Positions 1-13,600 of a stretch of DNA of 64,000 bases are shown here, piece after piece. Source of the DNA: Gekko japonicus (taxonomy: Eukaryota); NCBI RefSeq assembly GCF_001447785.1, contig NW_015174274.1:1501440-1565439 (forward strand), in the 5' to 3' direction. Below the pieces are notes generated by a model that was not told the DNA's origin, did not search any database, and saw only the letters and a program-made list of their open reading frames with translations. Positions within the stretch are counted from its first letter, which is position 1; each line of letters begins with the position of its first letter. The position numbers were made by a program, and so were the translations under genes.

Positions 1-1492
1 TGGAATAGATTGTTATGTAAAATTGTTATGTCATATAGGACTAGATCCAAAGATTCTCTTCCACTGCTATTAATTAACTACATTTTATTCCGCCTATCCA
101 GTTATCTGCATGATAGCTGGATCACAGAGAGCTTATAATATGGCAATTACCAACCATGTTAATTATGTCTAGCAATATGATAAACTTGGGGAAGCAGCCA
201 CTACTATTTTTAGACTGTAAGGTCTAACACGGGGGACATATGGAATTGACTGCTGACCTACTGACACTTATCTGTTGCACATTACACACTAACATAATTA
301 GGGTGGACATAAAATGGAAAAACACAGTTCAGCTCATGGTTTGTGGCATTCGTGGTTCATGAATCATGGACCGTCGTGAACTTTGTGATGCTAAATGAAC
401 CAGTTCGATTTATGAGGTTTATGATGTGGTAGACTGCCCCCTGGCATGCATTAAATGAGACTGCCAAAAATAAAAACAAAAGGGGTAAACACAGATATTG
501 ATAATGATATCTATTTGTCCAATGATATTTATTTGTTTGCTAATGATATTTGTCTAAGAAAGAGAGAGGGAGAGTAGATGGGGAGGGAGGGGGAGGGAAG
601 ATGGAAGGAAGGAAGAGAGAAAGGTTGAAATAATGAAAGAGGTGGAAAGAAAGAAGGAGAGAGAGAGAGAAAGAAAGGGAGAAACAGAAACAAAGAAAGC
701 AAATAGATGGAGGAGGGGAGGAAGACTTGGTTTATGCCAAATGCACACCCCTAGTTGTGGGTCAGCTAGTTAAGAAATAATACCACAATTGTTTAGATAA
801 GGACCACAACCCATTTTTCCTGACAGAATCCAGGAGAGAAACTGTCACATGATTTAAATACTATTAATACAGCTCCTGTGTTGGGAGATTTAATGAAGAC
901 TCACTTGGTGCATTTCTTGGATCTCAGCTGAGAAATAAGCATGTATTGTTGGCAGAGTGATTGCACAACAAAGGCACACAAGCTGATTAAAGTATAGAGA
1001 AAGCTTTATTCAGAAACTAACATATTTGGTACTAAAGAGTAAAGATAGATTCCTAGCTACATCCCTGAGAGAGAGCTGTGTTGTGTGGAACTTACGAGAA
1101 GGAGGAGGATATTGCTTTAAGAGTAGCAATTTGGAGACAGACAAGGAATCACACATACTGGGAAAGAAAGGTGCTGACCCGACTATCCTAACTAGTCTTG
1201 CTCTGTCCCCTGTTGGATTCTTCTCTTTTTTTTGTACCTTTTTGTATCCTTTTGTACACCAGCCATATTTATTTATTTGTGCAATTTTTTAAATCCCACC
1301 CTACCCCACAAGCAGGCTCATCACTTATTCCATGTATGTCATTTCATGTCCTACATGTATATCCAACAGACATCACTTACTCCAACATGTATGTCATTTC
1401 AGGATAGTGGTTTTAGTCTGCACAACTTATCTTTCATTTTCTTTGTTCTTGTCATAATGAACAGTGAAAATGTTTCTTGGTTCTCCCTCCAG

Positions 1493-1657
1493 CTAATGTC
1501 ATTGACCGCTTGTGGGATACAGACCCTTTGTCTGGGGTACAGTACCAGATAAATTCAGAATCTGCTCTTACTTGGTACCAAGCAAGGAAAAGTTGTCAGC
1601 AACAAAGTGCAGAGTTGTTGTGCATCACAGAATTACATGAGCAAATGTATTTGGCAG
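1493..1657 (+). CDS. MRC1: MRC1 exon 4 (start of CTLD1)
   Basis: ctccag|...TTGGCAG|gtaagt; 165 nt; NVIDRLWDTDPLSGVQYQINSESALTWYQARKSCQQQSAELLCITELHEQMYLA. Confidence 0.93.
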
Positions 1658-4600
1658 GTAAGTTACCAATGTGTAAAGATTTTAGTTGTTGTAGATTTTT
1701 CAGGATGTATGGCCGTGGTCTTGGCATTCTAGGACCTGACATTTCGCCAGCAGCTGTGACTGGCATCCTCAGAGGTATAACACAGAAAGATGTCAAGGTG
1801 AGAAGAAAAATGGTAGGTAGGTAATGTACATCTTCTCAGGAAGGTTGAGTAGGGCTGAGTCATTATCTTGAAGGAGTCCCCCAGGCTGTGACATGCTAAT
1901 AGAGGAGCTTTCCTGAGGAGGTTCTTTCGCATATGGATTGGTTGTTGAAATTCTAATCTTATCTGTAGTGCTATTGTAAGATGTAGAGCATTTTGTGTTT
2001 ATTTTTAAGATCTCTTCTTTCATGTTGAAATTGTGTTTATGTTTATGAATTTCAGTGGCTTCTCTGTGTAATCTGACATGGTAATTGGATGTGTTGTCCA
2101 GCCTTTCAGTGTCTTGGAATAAGATACTGTATCCTGTTTGAGTTAGGCTATGTTCAGCCACTGCTGGTTTTTCAGGTTGGCCCAGTCTGCAGTGTCTTTC
2201 ATGTTCTTTTGTTCTTGTCTGAATGCTATGCTGTGTGGTCCCAATGTAAACCTGTCCACAACTGCATGGTATGTGGTATACTTCTGCAGAAGTGAGGGGG
2301 TCTCTTCTGTCTTTTGCCGATCGTAGCATCTGTTGTATTTTTCTGGTGGGTCTGAATACTGTTTGTAAGTTGTGTTTTTTCACATGTTTTCCCATCTGAT
2401 CAGTGATTCCTTTGATATATGGCAAAAATACTTTTCCTGTGAGAGACTGTTTTTCCTCAGTTGTTTGTTTTGCCTTTGGTTTAATTGCTCTTATGATTTC
2501 ATTCTTGGAGTAGCCATTTGCTTGAAGTGAAGGCTGGACTATACATCTTTTATTGGAAACTGCTTTAAAACTCATTGGAAAAGTGGTATAAAATAGAAAT
2601 TCTCACATGCTAATCACATCATAGCATATGTATATAACCTTTGTTGCTATTGCTATCCTACCCAAGCTTGTTCCCATTTCTCGCCCTTGTTCTGTTTTCA
2701 AGTGTTTCCCCATGTTGGATGTCAAAAACAGAAGCAATACCAGAAAAAAACCCTGTGTAAAATAAATAAATCAAAAACAGCCCATGAAAATGAGAATATA
2801 GAAGGAAAAAATTCTCTCCTCATACAATAAGAACTCTGTAACCTGGATGCTTTCATGCTAAGGAGGAGCATGCAAAACTGAACAGGCAGGTCTGGAAGTT
2901 GCTGTACAGGATTAAATAGCAACACAGACCTCCTATGACAGCAGTGGATGCTCCAAAAGGAAATTTTGTACTGCTGTTGACAGGCAGTCATTTTGACAGG
3001 TTCAGATTCAGGAGTGTATAGAATGGATTCTGTTAAAACTAGAGACACCAAACTTGCAGTGGTCTATTTGTCCTCCAAGTTTGGTGAGGATTGGATTTAC
3101 AGAGCCCAAGTTATGTCCCCCCAAAGAAGGTGCCCCCAGGAAAGTGCTTTCTGGGGGAAATGACTGGTGGTTGGACCCTGTAAATCTAGTCCTCGCCAAA
3201 CTTGGAGGGCAGGTAAAGGAGAGTCAGCTAAAGTTCCCCTGCAAGTTTGGTGTCTCCAGCATGCCAGGGGGCAGTTCTACTGGGTCACGAACCTCATGAA
3301 CCAAACCAGTTTGTTTGGCCCCTAAAAGTTTGTGACAGTTCATGATTTGTGAATGGGGCATGCTACAAACTATGGGTGTGCAAAAAACCCAAAACAATTC
3401 AGCCTGATTTGGATTCGGCCGAATTGGGCAGGATCAATCTCAGCTGGCAGAAAGACTCCTGCATGTCAATTTCCCACCATAGAAAACAATGGAGAGGATG
3501 GGGCAACCTGTTTGGGGGCTCGTAGAATTGTACCCCCTTATTCAATGTTCTTGAAACATGGTGGGTATCTTGGGGAGAGGCTCCAGCAGCTACCCTGTGA
3601 GTTTGGAGCCTCTCCCTCAAACCCCCCAAAATATACCCTATGTTTTTGCCATTGACTTCAATGGCCCATAGGATGTAGCGGGGCCGAATTGCTGGCAATT
3701 TGGCGGCAAGCCGATTCAGATCAAAGAATCTGAATCGGCCTGCAGCAGCCCGAAAGGGGCCTGAATGGGCCATTTTCGGGGGTGCATTCGGTTCAAATGA
3801 ACCAAATGCACATCCCTACCATGAACCATGAACCGAACCACAGTTTCCCAGTTTGTGTTCATCCCTATGCATCATAGTGTTGTAGCAATGGGAAACATTT
3901 TCAATGAATATTCTCTTCCACTCCTATGTTTTTGTTTACTTAGCCCTGTCCAGTATTCTGTAATTGTTGCAGCTCTCTGTGGAGTCTATTCCTGGAAATG
4001 ACCACTTGCTGCGCTTTGTATTCTTACCTAGGGTTGACATCAAAGTTGACTACTGAACTCTGGTTTGGTCTCAACAGTTTGGACTTTGATAGTGGGTGGC
4101 AATGGAGTGGTGGCCATGCTTTCAGATACTTAAATTGGGCCCCAGGTAAGTACTAATATAGCTGTTTTGCCTGTAGTAGATTGCTCTCATGTGCTTGGGT
4201 ACATGATGTCTTTCTCTTTTTGTTAATTTATTCTAAATATTATATCTATAGTCCAAAAAAGTCTTTCAAAATAATTTTCTCCACTGATAGCGCAACTTGT
4301 AATGCTTTCTTTCAACATACTCTTCTTGAAATTCTGGTTTTGTTTTGATATTCTTGGCTCTCCGGAGCACAAAATTATTTGGAAATTTCATTTCCTCTAA
4401 GGCATGTCTATACAACATTTGACCCACTGGTCCAGATGCACATCTTCTTGCAGCCATGTTCTTTGCATCTGCACCTGCCCAAAGCCGGGGCCACAAACAG
4501 ATTGCTTACATCCAAGCCAGAAATTACATTGGAGTTACATTGGACTGTACCCAAAATTATATTGGACAAAAATTACATTGGACTGTACTCAAAATTCAAG

Positions 4601-7600
4601 ACATGTAAAAAGCAGCAGTAATTGGGGGACCTGTATGGGTTGCTTCCCTTAGCCCCAAGTTGCTTTAAGCCCTGGTAGAGTTGAAAGGCAGAGAATATGG
4701 ATATTTCCATTTTTCCTTAATGGGCTTAAAGCTGCTGGGAATGGGGAGTTCCATTTTTGACAGCATGGAAAGGAGCATTAAGTCCCCCCCTTCCCCCAGC
4801 ACTCTGTGGTCCCCATCCATATTATACTGTTCACCACGGCTTCTTTTCAGGGCCAAAACCACTTCTGAAGTTCTAGAATTCTAGCACCATTTATAGTTTG
4901 GATGATAACAAATCACCAGAAAGCCACTCCATGTGGCTGGCAGGTTGTCTTTGATTTAGTGGATTACAAATTGTGCAGCCCTGCTTGGGTAGTAGAAATA
5001 TTTTATTCTTTCATCACCTTTGGTGGGAATGCTGCAGAGATACATTTGGTTATGCATGCCAGGCATCACATTTAAATTAAGCAATATGTAGTCCCTCTGC
5101 TTGTGATGACCCACTGCTCATGTGCTCATCATAAAATTAAGGACCTGATATCTTCCAGTTAGTGATTGTAGGATTGTAGGTAATATGCTTAGCTGATTAT
5201 TTTGCCATAAATAAAATGGCCCCTTGGGTCATTTTGCTGGTGTGATGAATGAATTGAAATTTTATAGCAAATACCCTGAATGTGTTCATTGGCTAAAAGT
5301 AGTTCTTCAGTGAAGGCTGTTATTTGACAATAAGGGTATGTGAATATTCTTCCTTGTTTCCATTCCTTGAAGGAAGCCCTTCCCCAGAGCCAGGAAAATC
5401 CTGTGGAACACTTAATCCTTCAAAAGCTGCCAAATGGGAAAGCCTAGAATGTAACAAGAAACTTGGCTATATTTGTAAAAAAGGAAATGCCACTCTGAAT
5501 TCATTCACTATTCCTTCAGGTAAACAAGTGAATACAATTTAAAAACTTGTTGGAGGGGGGGAGAGAAGAATAAAAGGATTCTTACTTAAGCTCAGGTGCA
5601 TTTCTGAGGCCTTTCAAAACAATTGGTACAGATCTGGGCACAGATTTGGGGGGGGGTTGTTGTTGTTGTTCAGTCGCACAGTCGAGTCCGACTCTTCGTG
5701 ACCCCATGGACCAGATCACGCCAGGCCTTCCGGTCTTCCGCTGTCCTCTGAAGTTTGCTCAATTTCATGTTCATTGTATCGATGACACTGTCTAACCATC
5801 TCATCCTTTGCTGTCCCCGTCTTCTTTGACCTTCAATCTTTCCCAGCATCAGGGTCTTCTCCAGTGAGTGCTCCCTTCTCATTTGGTGGCCAAAGTATTT
5901 GAGCTTCAGTTTCATTTTCTGGCCTTCCAGGGAACAGTCAGGGTTGATTTCTTTTAGGATTGACTGATTTGATCTCCTTGCAGTCCAAGGCACTCTCAAG
6001 AGTCTTCTCCAGCAACATAGTTCAAAAGAATCTATTCTTCGACACTCGGCCTTCCTTACAGTCCAACTCTCGCAGCCATACATGACCACTGAGAATACCA
6101 TTGCTTTGACCATGCGGACTTTTGTTGGCAGGGTCATGTCTCTAGTTTTTATCATGCTGTTTAGGTTCACCATCGCTTTCCTCCCAAGGAGCAGGCGTCT
6201 TTTAATTGCACGGCTGATCACCATCTGCAGTGATCTTGGATCCCAGGAATGTGAAGTCTGTCACTAGAGGCTCTTGACGTCTTCTTCACTTTCTGCCATT
6301 AGAGTGGTATCGTCTGCATATCTGAGGTTGTTGATCTTTTCCCCAGCAATCTTAATTCCCGCATGTGCTTCATCCAGGCCAGCATTTCGCATGATGTACT
6401 CTGCATATATATTAAATAGGCAAGGTGACAATATACATCCTTGTTGTACTCCTTTTCCTATGCGAAACCAATCAGTTGTTCCATATCCGGTTCTAACTGT
6501 CGCTTCTTGATCCTTATACAGGTTTCTCAAGAGACATGTGAGGTGGTTTGGTACTTCCATCTCTTTAAGGACCTGCCATAGTTTGTTGTGATCCACACAG
6601 TCAAAGGCTTTAGCATAGTCAATGAAGCAGAAGTAGATGTTTTTCTGGTACTCTCTTGCTTTCTCCATAATCCAGCGAATGTTGGCAATTTGATCTCTAG
6701 TTCCTCTACCTCTTCGAAACCCAGCTTGTACTTCTGGCAGTTCTCTATCCACGTACTGAAGCCTAGCTTGTAGGATCCTGAGCATGACCTTGCTAGCATG
6801 TGATATGTGTGCAATTGTGCGATAGTTTGAACATTCCTTGGCATTGCCCTTCTTTGGGATTGGAATGTATACTGACCTTTTCCAATCCTGTGGCCACTGT
6901 TGCATTTTCCAAATTTCTGCTGTGGCCTGTCCATCTTGGGTGGCCCTCCACGGCATAGCCCACAGCCTCATCGAACCATGCAAGCCCCCTCGCCACGACA
7001 AGGCAGTGATCCATGGGGGGGGAAGGATAGACAATTCAGTTGCAAATGATGGCTATAGATAGTGCATTGAGAGCTGCTGATGTCTGGAAAACTGATACAG
7101 CAGTGCCTCAGGTATTAGAGATCATGGGGAATGTAGTCTTCCCAGGGGCATGTGATATTCCAGGGTACATGGTACTTGCTATGCTGCTGTGGCACCATTC
7201 CAGATGCTAAAGGCTTCATGTCTCTGGTCTTTTCTGCATGAACTTTTTTCCAGAGTTGCTGATGTCTTCTCTGGCAGTATGTGCCATTTTTTTGCCTCAT
7301 GGCACTATTGCTATCAACTGTAGCAGGTGTTTACAAAATTAGGGGTTGGGAGGGGTCTTCCTAGAGTTGCAAAGCAAGGTGGTGGCTTTGGTCTGACTGA
7401 TTCCTTAGCAGAAGGAAGACTGCTCACCAGTTTGTCGGTGGCCCCAGTATTCCTTTCGAGAATGGTTTCTGAAATGCTGAAATTCATTTCAGCTGAAGGG
7501 GAGCCCAAAGCACGTCAGCTGGCATATTGTCGGTAAGATGACTCTGCCTTTGTGCTGGTCTTTAATACCCTATTTCACTTTGAAAAGGAAACACTTGTAT

Positions 7601-10600
7601 TGCAGAGAAATATGGCAGCAAATGTTGCATTAGTAATGGGTGGCATACCCTGACCTGGATACCCCAGGCTAACCCAATCTCATCAGCTCTCAGAAGCTAA
7701 GCAAGGTCAGCCCTGATCAAAATTTGGATGTGTGACCACCACCAAAGAATACCAGGATCGTGACACAGAGGCAGGCAATGACAAGCACCTCTGTTAGTTT
7801 CTTGCCTTGGAAACCCTATGGGGTCACCAGAAGTCAGCTGTGACTTGACATCCAAAAAAAGGGGGGGTGGCACAGGAAAAGCCACTTCACTTTAAGAGTA
7901 TATTTTGGTAAATATCCCTCTCTGTCATGCTTTGTCAGTTTCCTGTCATGATTTCCAACTACCTTTGCAAATATGCCCAGGTGTTTCCTAAATCCATTTA
8001 CAGAATGTTTTTATGCATTTTCCTTTTGTGACATGACCAATACATTTGCAATTTACTAAGCATGGTCTGTGCAGCAGTTTCATGCTGATGCACCGGACTT
8101 CTGATCATTGCATTAAATGCAACCACACTGTGCCATGGTTGCAATCCTGCATACAGTAAAGTTGGCTCACTAACATCCCCACTGAAGAATCAGACTAACT
8201 TATACATAAATGAGCAATGGATTCTCAGCAGGTAGTACAAAGCATATGCCTGTGTTGAACTAACATGTTCAAACCCAAGCTAGGTGGTGGTTATTTTTAA
8301 CCCTTGATTGCTTGCAACACATGAATAATTTGCAATGCATCTTTAAAAAGTTCCCCTTTAACCTGTATTCTTTGTCCCTAAGTGATCAGTTTATGTACCA
8401 GCATGGTGCAGTGGTCAGAGTGATAGATTGGGATCTGAGAGACCTTTGTTCACCTCCCCATTTTGCCACAGAAACTCAGTGGGTGACCTTTGGCCAGTCA
8501 CTCTTTCTCAACCTAACCTAGATCACATGTAGATCTAGGGCTCCCGAATCTCACCAAATCGCGGCGGGGGATCCGCATGTCTTTGCAGAATCTATGCCGT
8601 GGGGACAGCGAGACGCGTTGCACCGCCGTCGCCAGGACATGACGCTACGCGTCGCTCTGGCAACGGGGCTGTTTGGAGCCCCGTTGCCAGAGTGACGCGT
8701 TGCGTCAAATCCTGGCGACAGCGGGTGCAACGCATCTCGCCGTCCCTGCAGCACGGATTCTGCGAAGACATACGATCCCCTGCCGCGACTTGGCAACCCT
8801 ATGTAGATCACGTGAGGAAAGGAGCGCTATAGAGGCATTCTTAGCTTCATGAAGAAAGGGCACAATAAACAGTGTACCATGTTATGGTGATCTCACCCTC
8901 TTCCCTCCCTCATGCACAGGATTTCCCCTTGGGTTCTTCTTTCTTTCCTGCTGAAATGAGCAGCCCCTACATCTATTTTCTTCTTATTTGTTGGTCTATG
9001 GCTGTCCCACCCTGTCACATTATCATATTTTTTTTATGCTGGCCCAGCCCAGGGTCTTGAGGGAAGAGACAAAAGGAAGGAAGGCTGGCCTGGATGGTCA
9101 ACTGGGAATAATTTGAAAACCATACTGAGATCTTTGGATGAAGAGCTGCATGCAGGTGTCATGACAAGCTGCAATTAAACTTCATTTGAGTGCAACCACA
9201 GTATGTGGCTGTGTTTATGTCTGCACATTGTTCCACCCACCTCAACACACTAGAGGCTGGGATACAAGCTGGGGCTGTAAACTGGAATCTCACAAAGAAG
9301 AAGAAGTTGGATTTACAGAGGAGTTTACAATCTCCTTCCCTTCCTCTCCCCACAACAGACACCCTGTGAAGTAGGTGGAGCTGAGAGAGCTCTGAGAGAA
9401 TTGCTCTTGAGAGAACAGCTCTGAGAGCATTGTGACTGACCCAAGGTCACCCAGCTGGCTGCATGTAGAGGACTGGGGAATCAAACCTGGTTCTCCAGAT
9501 TTGAGTTCACTGCTCTTAACCACTGCACCAAACTGGCTACCAAGGATGGTAATCTGGCTTTTGGAGGGGAACTCCAGCTTGCTGAATTGCTTGCATTCAA
9601 ATGTCAGGGTAAATAGGAGCCAGATCAAACTTTGGGGTGTTCACTTGTGTTCTGAGAGGTAGAGGAAGGAAGAACAAAGAGGTGCACACGAGCACAGCCA
9701 CATTCTCTTTGTGCTCAAACAAAGCTTAATTGTACCTTGTTGTGACATGTGAACATAATGATGGTATGATAAATAAACAAGAACAGAGAGCCACTACCAG
9801 GAATGAGGAGTATGTATCTATGCACATGTGCATCAGTACAACATTTTGTGTACTCCCAATGATTCTACAATTATTATTGTCTTCCCCTCAGAATCAAATG
9901 TGCCAATTCAGTGTCCTGATGGATGGATATCATATGCAGGCTTCTGTTATAAGATTAACAGAGAAATCAACTTTTGGAATGATGCTTTAGCGTTCTGTAG
10001 AAAGGAAGGAGGAGATCTGGCAAGTGTCCACAATGTAGAAGAGTACAGCTTTATAATTTCTCAGCTTGGTTATCGTGAGTATTTGTGAAGGTTTTTTAAT
10101 TAATATCCAGTTCTAACAATTAGTGTGTGTTTTTTGTTATTTACAATAGTAGATTTCATTAAAAGCATGAAGATGATAGATTTGATGCAAACGTCAGCAT
10201 TTTTTAATTTGGTATTTTCAGCTCTGTCCCATCATGTCCTTAAAGATCAGCACATCAGGATATCTAATTCTCAATATGGCCCCATCTGTGGATACTTAAA
10301 TCCAGAGACTGGACACCCATGAATGGACAAGGAAGATCTTTCTACCAACCTGAAAAAAAGCCCCAAGTTTGCAGAAAACCCTGAAATCTAAATACAAATA
10401 CTTTGGGGACTTTAAAAACTCCCAAATAATAGAAGCAATAGCTGTTCCTTTAAGTAATGAATGCATGCTCAGGGGCTAATGTGAGGGTTGCCGACCTTCA
10501 AACCTTGGTTTTCTGTAGGTAAAAGGCACGGCGGAGGGGACAGGGCTGTTTACGGAGGGAAGGAGGGAAAACTGAAGACAGTGGGGCAAATAAAAGTAGA

Positions 10601-13600
10601 TTGGCTGATGGACAGAAAGGAGAGAAAGAAGTCAGAAAAGTTTTTCAAGAGAAGGGAAAGTAGAATTATTAGAGGAGGGGAAATGTGATGCTCCCTGCAT
10701 AATCTCATGAGTCTTGTGCTTGTGGTATTATATTTATTGCAAGTATGGGGATTATGTTATAGACTGAGAGTGAGTGAGTTATGCAGTGGAGGTAGTTGTA
10801 CATAATTAAGGAACTGAAGGAAATGTGGAAGATGAGAGGTAGTGAGGCAGAATCTTAAAAGTCTGAATGTGATCTACAGGGTACCTGTGGATAGATTTAG
10901 TAAGGCTGTGCATGCAGTGAAATTCTATACAGGTGTAGAAAAGACATGGAATGCAGTAGTATAGAAATCAGCTTATCCAGAATCTCCTTTTCATTAAGAT
11001 ACATTTTTTTTGTCTCTTACCACAGCAAATACATGGTGGCAAAGTGTGTAGATAGTGTAGAGATGGGTACATTAATACAGATTTGTTCTGAAAGTGTGTC
11101 TCCTTAGGCCTTACAAGATGTGGCACATGTTTCTTTATAACCATGAGGTCCAAACACATGTTTTTATTTTAATGCAACTTGAGGCTCAGAGGATTTTGTA
11201 TTAGGCTGTATAATGTTCTGTCCTAGATGGCTAGATTCTGTTCTTTGCAGTGTATGTACTGCCGTGGATATTTATAACATGACAAAAAGGAGGGAGTAGA
11301 CAAAACATTCCTTTGAGACCAAACAGAAAAGCACTGTGTAAGGTACAGGAATGCAAGAGCAATGGAAAAAAACATTAAAAAGCAATATCTCTGTCATGAG
11401 GCGAATACTATAATGACAAATAGGTGCTTGATGCCAACTGATAGACGTTTTGCCTGAATTTTGAATTAGTCAGAGGAAGTGCTGAGTACAAGTCTTGGCA
11501 GTAGCCTCTCATCCTTAGTAAATCAGGTCACTGGAAACACCTGCTACCTTTTGGCATGTGTTTAGTAACTCAGCATCAATTGCCATTTTTGCAAGATGGG
11601 ATAAGGCAGTTAAGCACTGCCAAGCTGTTAACAACACAGTTCCTTTCTTTTACTATGTCAACATCCAGATATTGTACAAGGCTTTTGCTGTTGTTGTTGA
11701 AATCAGAAAACTACCAGTAGAAGACACTCCTTTGATATTGTAATGCTATGAACTAGGAATATAATGCAAACCACCCAAAATGCAGGGCCTACATACAGAG
11801 GATTTTCATAACCTCAGTGTAATCCCATTTCCCTGCCTGTCTTTCTCTACATGTAAGATATATGCTATTGAACATGTTAGCTCAGTAAAACTCACACAAG
11901 GCTGAATCCCTGATGAAGCATAAGTTAACAAACACAGTAAGTAAAACTAGTAGATGCCACCAATGTTCCCTCTAAGCTGTAAAGTTTTGTGAGCAAAAAT
12001 CCTACTTTGTGAGCTACTGGTATGAAAGTTGTGAGCGAGCAATTTGGCTACTGGAGTTAGGGGAAGGCTGGCTTTGGGTGGGGGAGGGACATCGGTGGGG
12101 TATAATACCATAGGCTCCACCCTTCAAAGCAGCCATTTTCTTCAGAGGAACTGATCTTTGTAGTCTGGAGACCAGTTTTAACTGCGAGAGATCTCCAGCC
12201 CTGCCTGCAGGTTGGCAGCCCAAGGAGCAATTGCTTAACGATCCTGCACATGCATAGAATATAGTCATAACCCAAGGAGCAATTGCTTGATCCTGCACAT
12301 GCATAGAATATAGTCATATTCTTTTCTATGTCCAATGGATAATAATTTTTCATGTCTTTTCATGCTAGAACCAAGTGATGAGTTGTGGATTGGATTGAAT
12401 GACCTCAGGATTCAAATGTACTTTGAATGGAGTGATGGGACCCCTGTCCTGTATACCAAATGGCTGCCCGGTGAGCCAACACATGATAGCAACAGGCAAG
12501 AAGACTGTGTAGTTATGAAAGGAAAGGTAAAATACTCTAGTTGCTTACCTCTAACTCTTTCTCCTGTAACAGGATATATTACTCAATGGCCATGACTGCT
12601 GTTTGGAAGTAGATTTCCGGTGATATCTTGCGAAAGATGGTATTCAACGGAAATGTTCTGCTGCTGTTGTGGTTCTCACATTATAAGATGTACTCTATAA
12701 ATTCAACGGAAACGTTCTGCTGTTTGTTGTGGTTCTCACATTATAAGATGTACTTGGGTTAGATCCAGACTAAATTTCCCAAAGGCAGAATGGAAAATTT
12801 CTCCCTCCCTATCCCAATGCAGTCCACTGAATTCTACAAAGTGCTGCTCCTGGAAGATAGGAATGACATGAGGGGGCTCTTCAGCAGAAAGGGGGAATCA
12901 CCAGAAATTCCCAATTAGCCTGGATCCAACCCCTTGAGTACAAACCCTCAGACAAGCCTAATCCTAGGTCCCCACCAAAATATCTACTTGTACTTTTGTG
13001 ATAGGCCCAGTTAGGCCCCCCCCCGAAATATTCAACAAAGTTCATAGCAACTGCACAGCAATTTACCAGTCAATACATTGCAAGTAGAACACCAATTGGC
13101 AGATAGCAGTGTAATGACTTGCCTGATAAACTCATCTAATCCACTGAGATGACCTCACAGGTCTCAAGAACTCATAGTATTCCCAGTCAGAGGAAACTGC
13201 ACTTCTTACCTCTTAGATTCTGAAGCTGTAGCCCAGCAGTTAGAAGCACTCCATGATGAACCAGGATACATGAAGTTAAGCTCCACTGAGGGATGGGTTC
13301 AAATCCCCCTAGCTAATATTATTTTCTGTACAATGAACAGTCAGCATGCAGTGACACCCATTCCCCTGGGCATATCTGCAGGGAAATACAAGCAGTTCAA
13401 CAGCATGATCCAAACAAATAGCTTTTATTTATTTTATTTTATTTATTTATATTTACATTTATATCCTGCCCTACCCCGCAGGCTCAGGGCGGCTAACGAG
13501 GGCACTGAGTGCCGGGTTAAAGCAATAACATATGATTTAAAAACAATAAATTACAATAAAATATCATAACAAATTACAACAAAATTTAAGCAAGAAGGGG

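Noticed and set aside
878-1200. Possible LTR fragment (also about 57940-58490)
   Set aside because: No paired TG...CA boundaries with a convincing TSD.
4520-4592. CRISPR-like spaced repeats (aaattacattggactgtac)
   Set aside because: Short degenerate tandem repeat without unique spacers, in a vertebrate intron.
4146-5372. miR-511, which lies in intron 5 of mammalian MRC1
   Set aside because: I could not see a matching hairpin or mature sequence in the equivalent intron.
7648-7760. 5S rRNA gene
   Set aside because: Degenerate, fused to a retroposon tail and present in several copies, so it is a SINE head.
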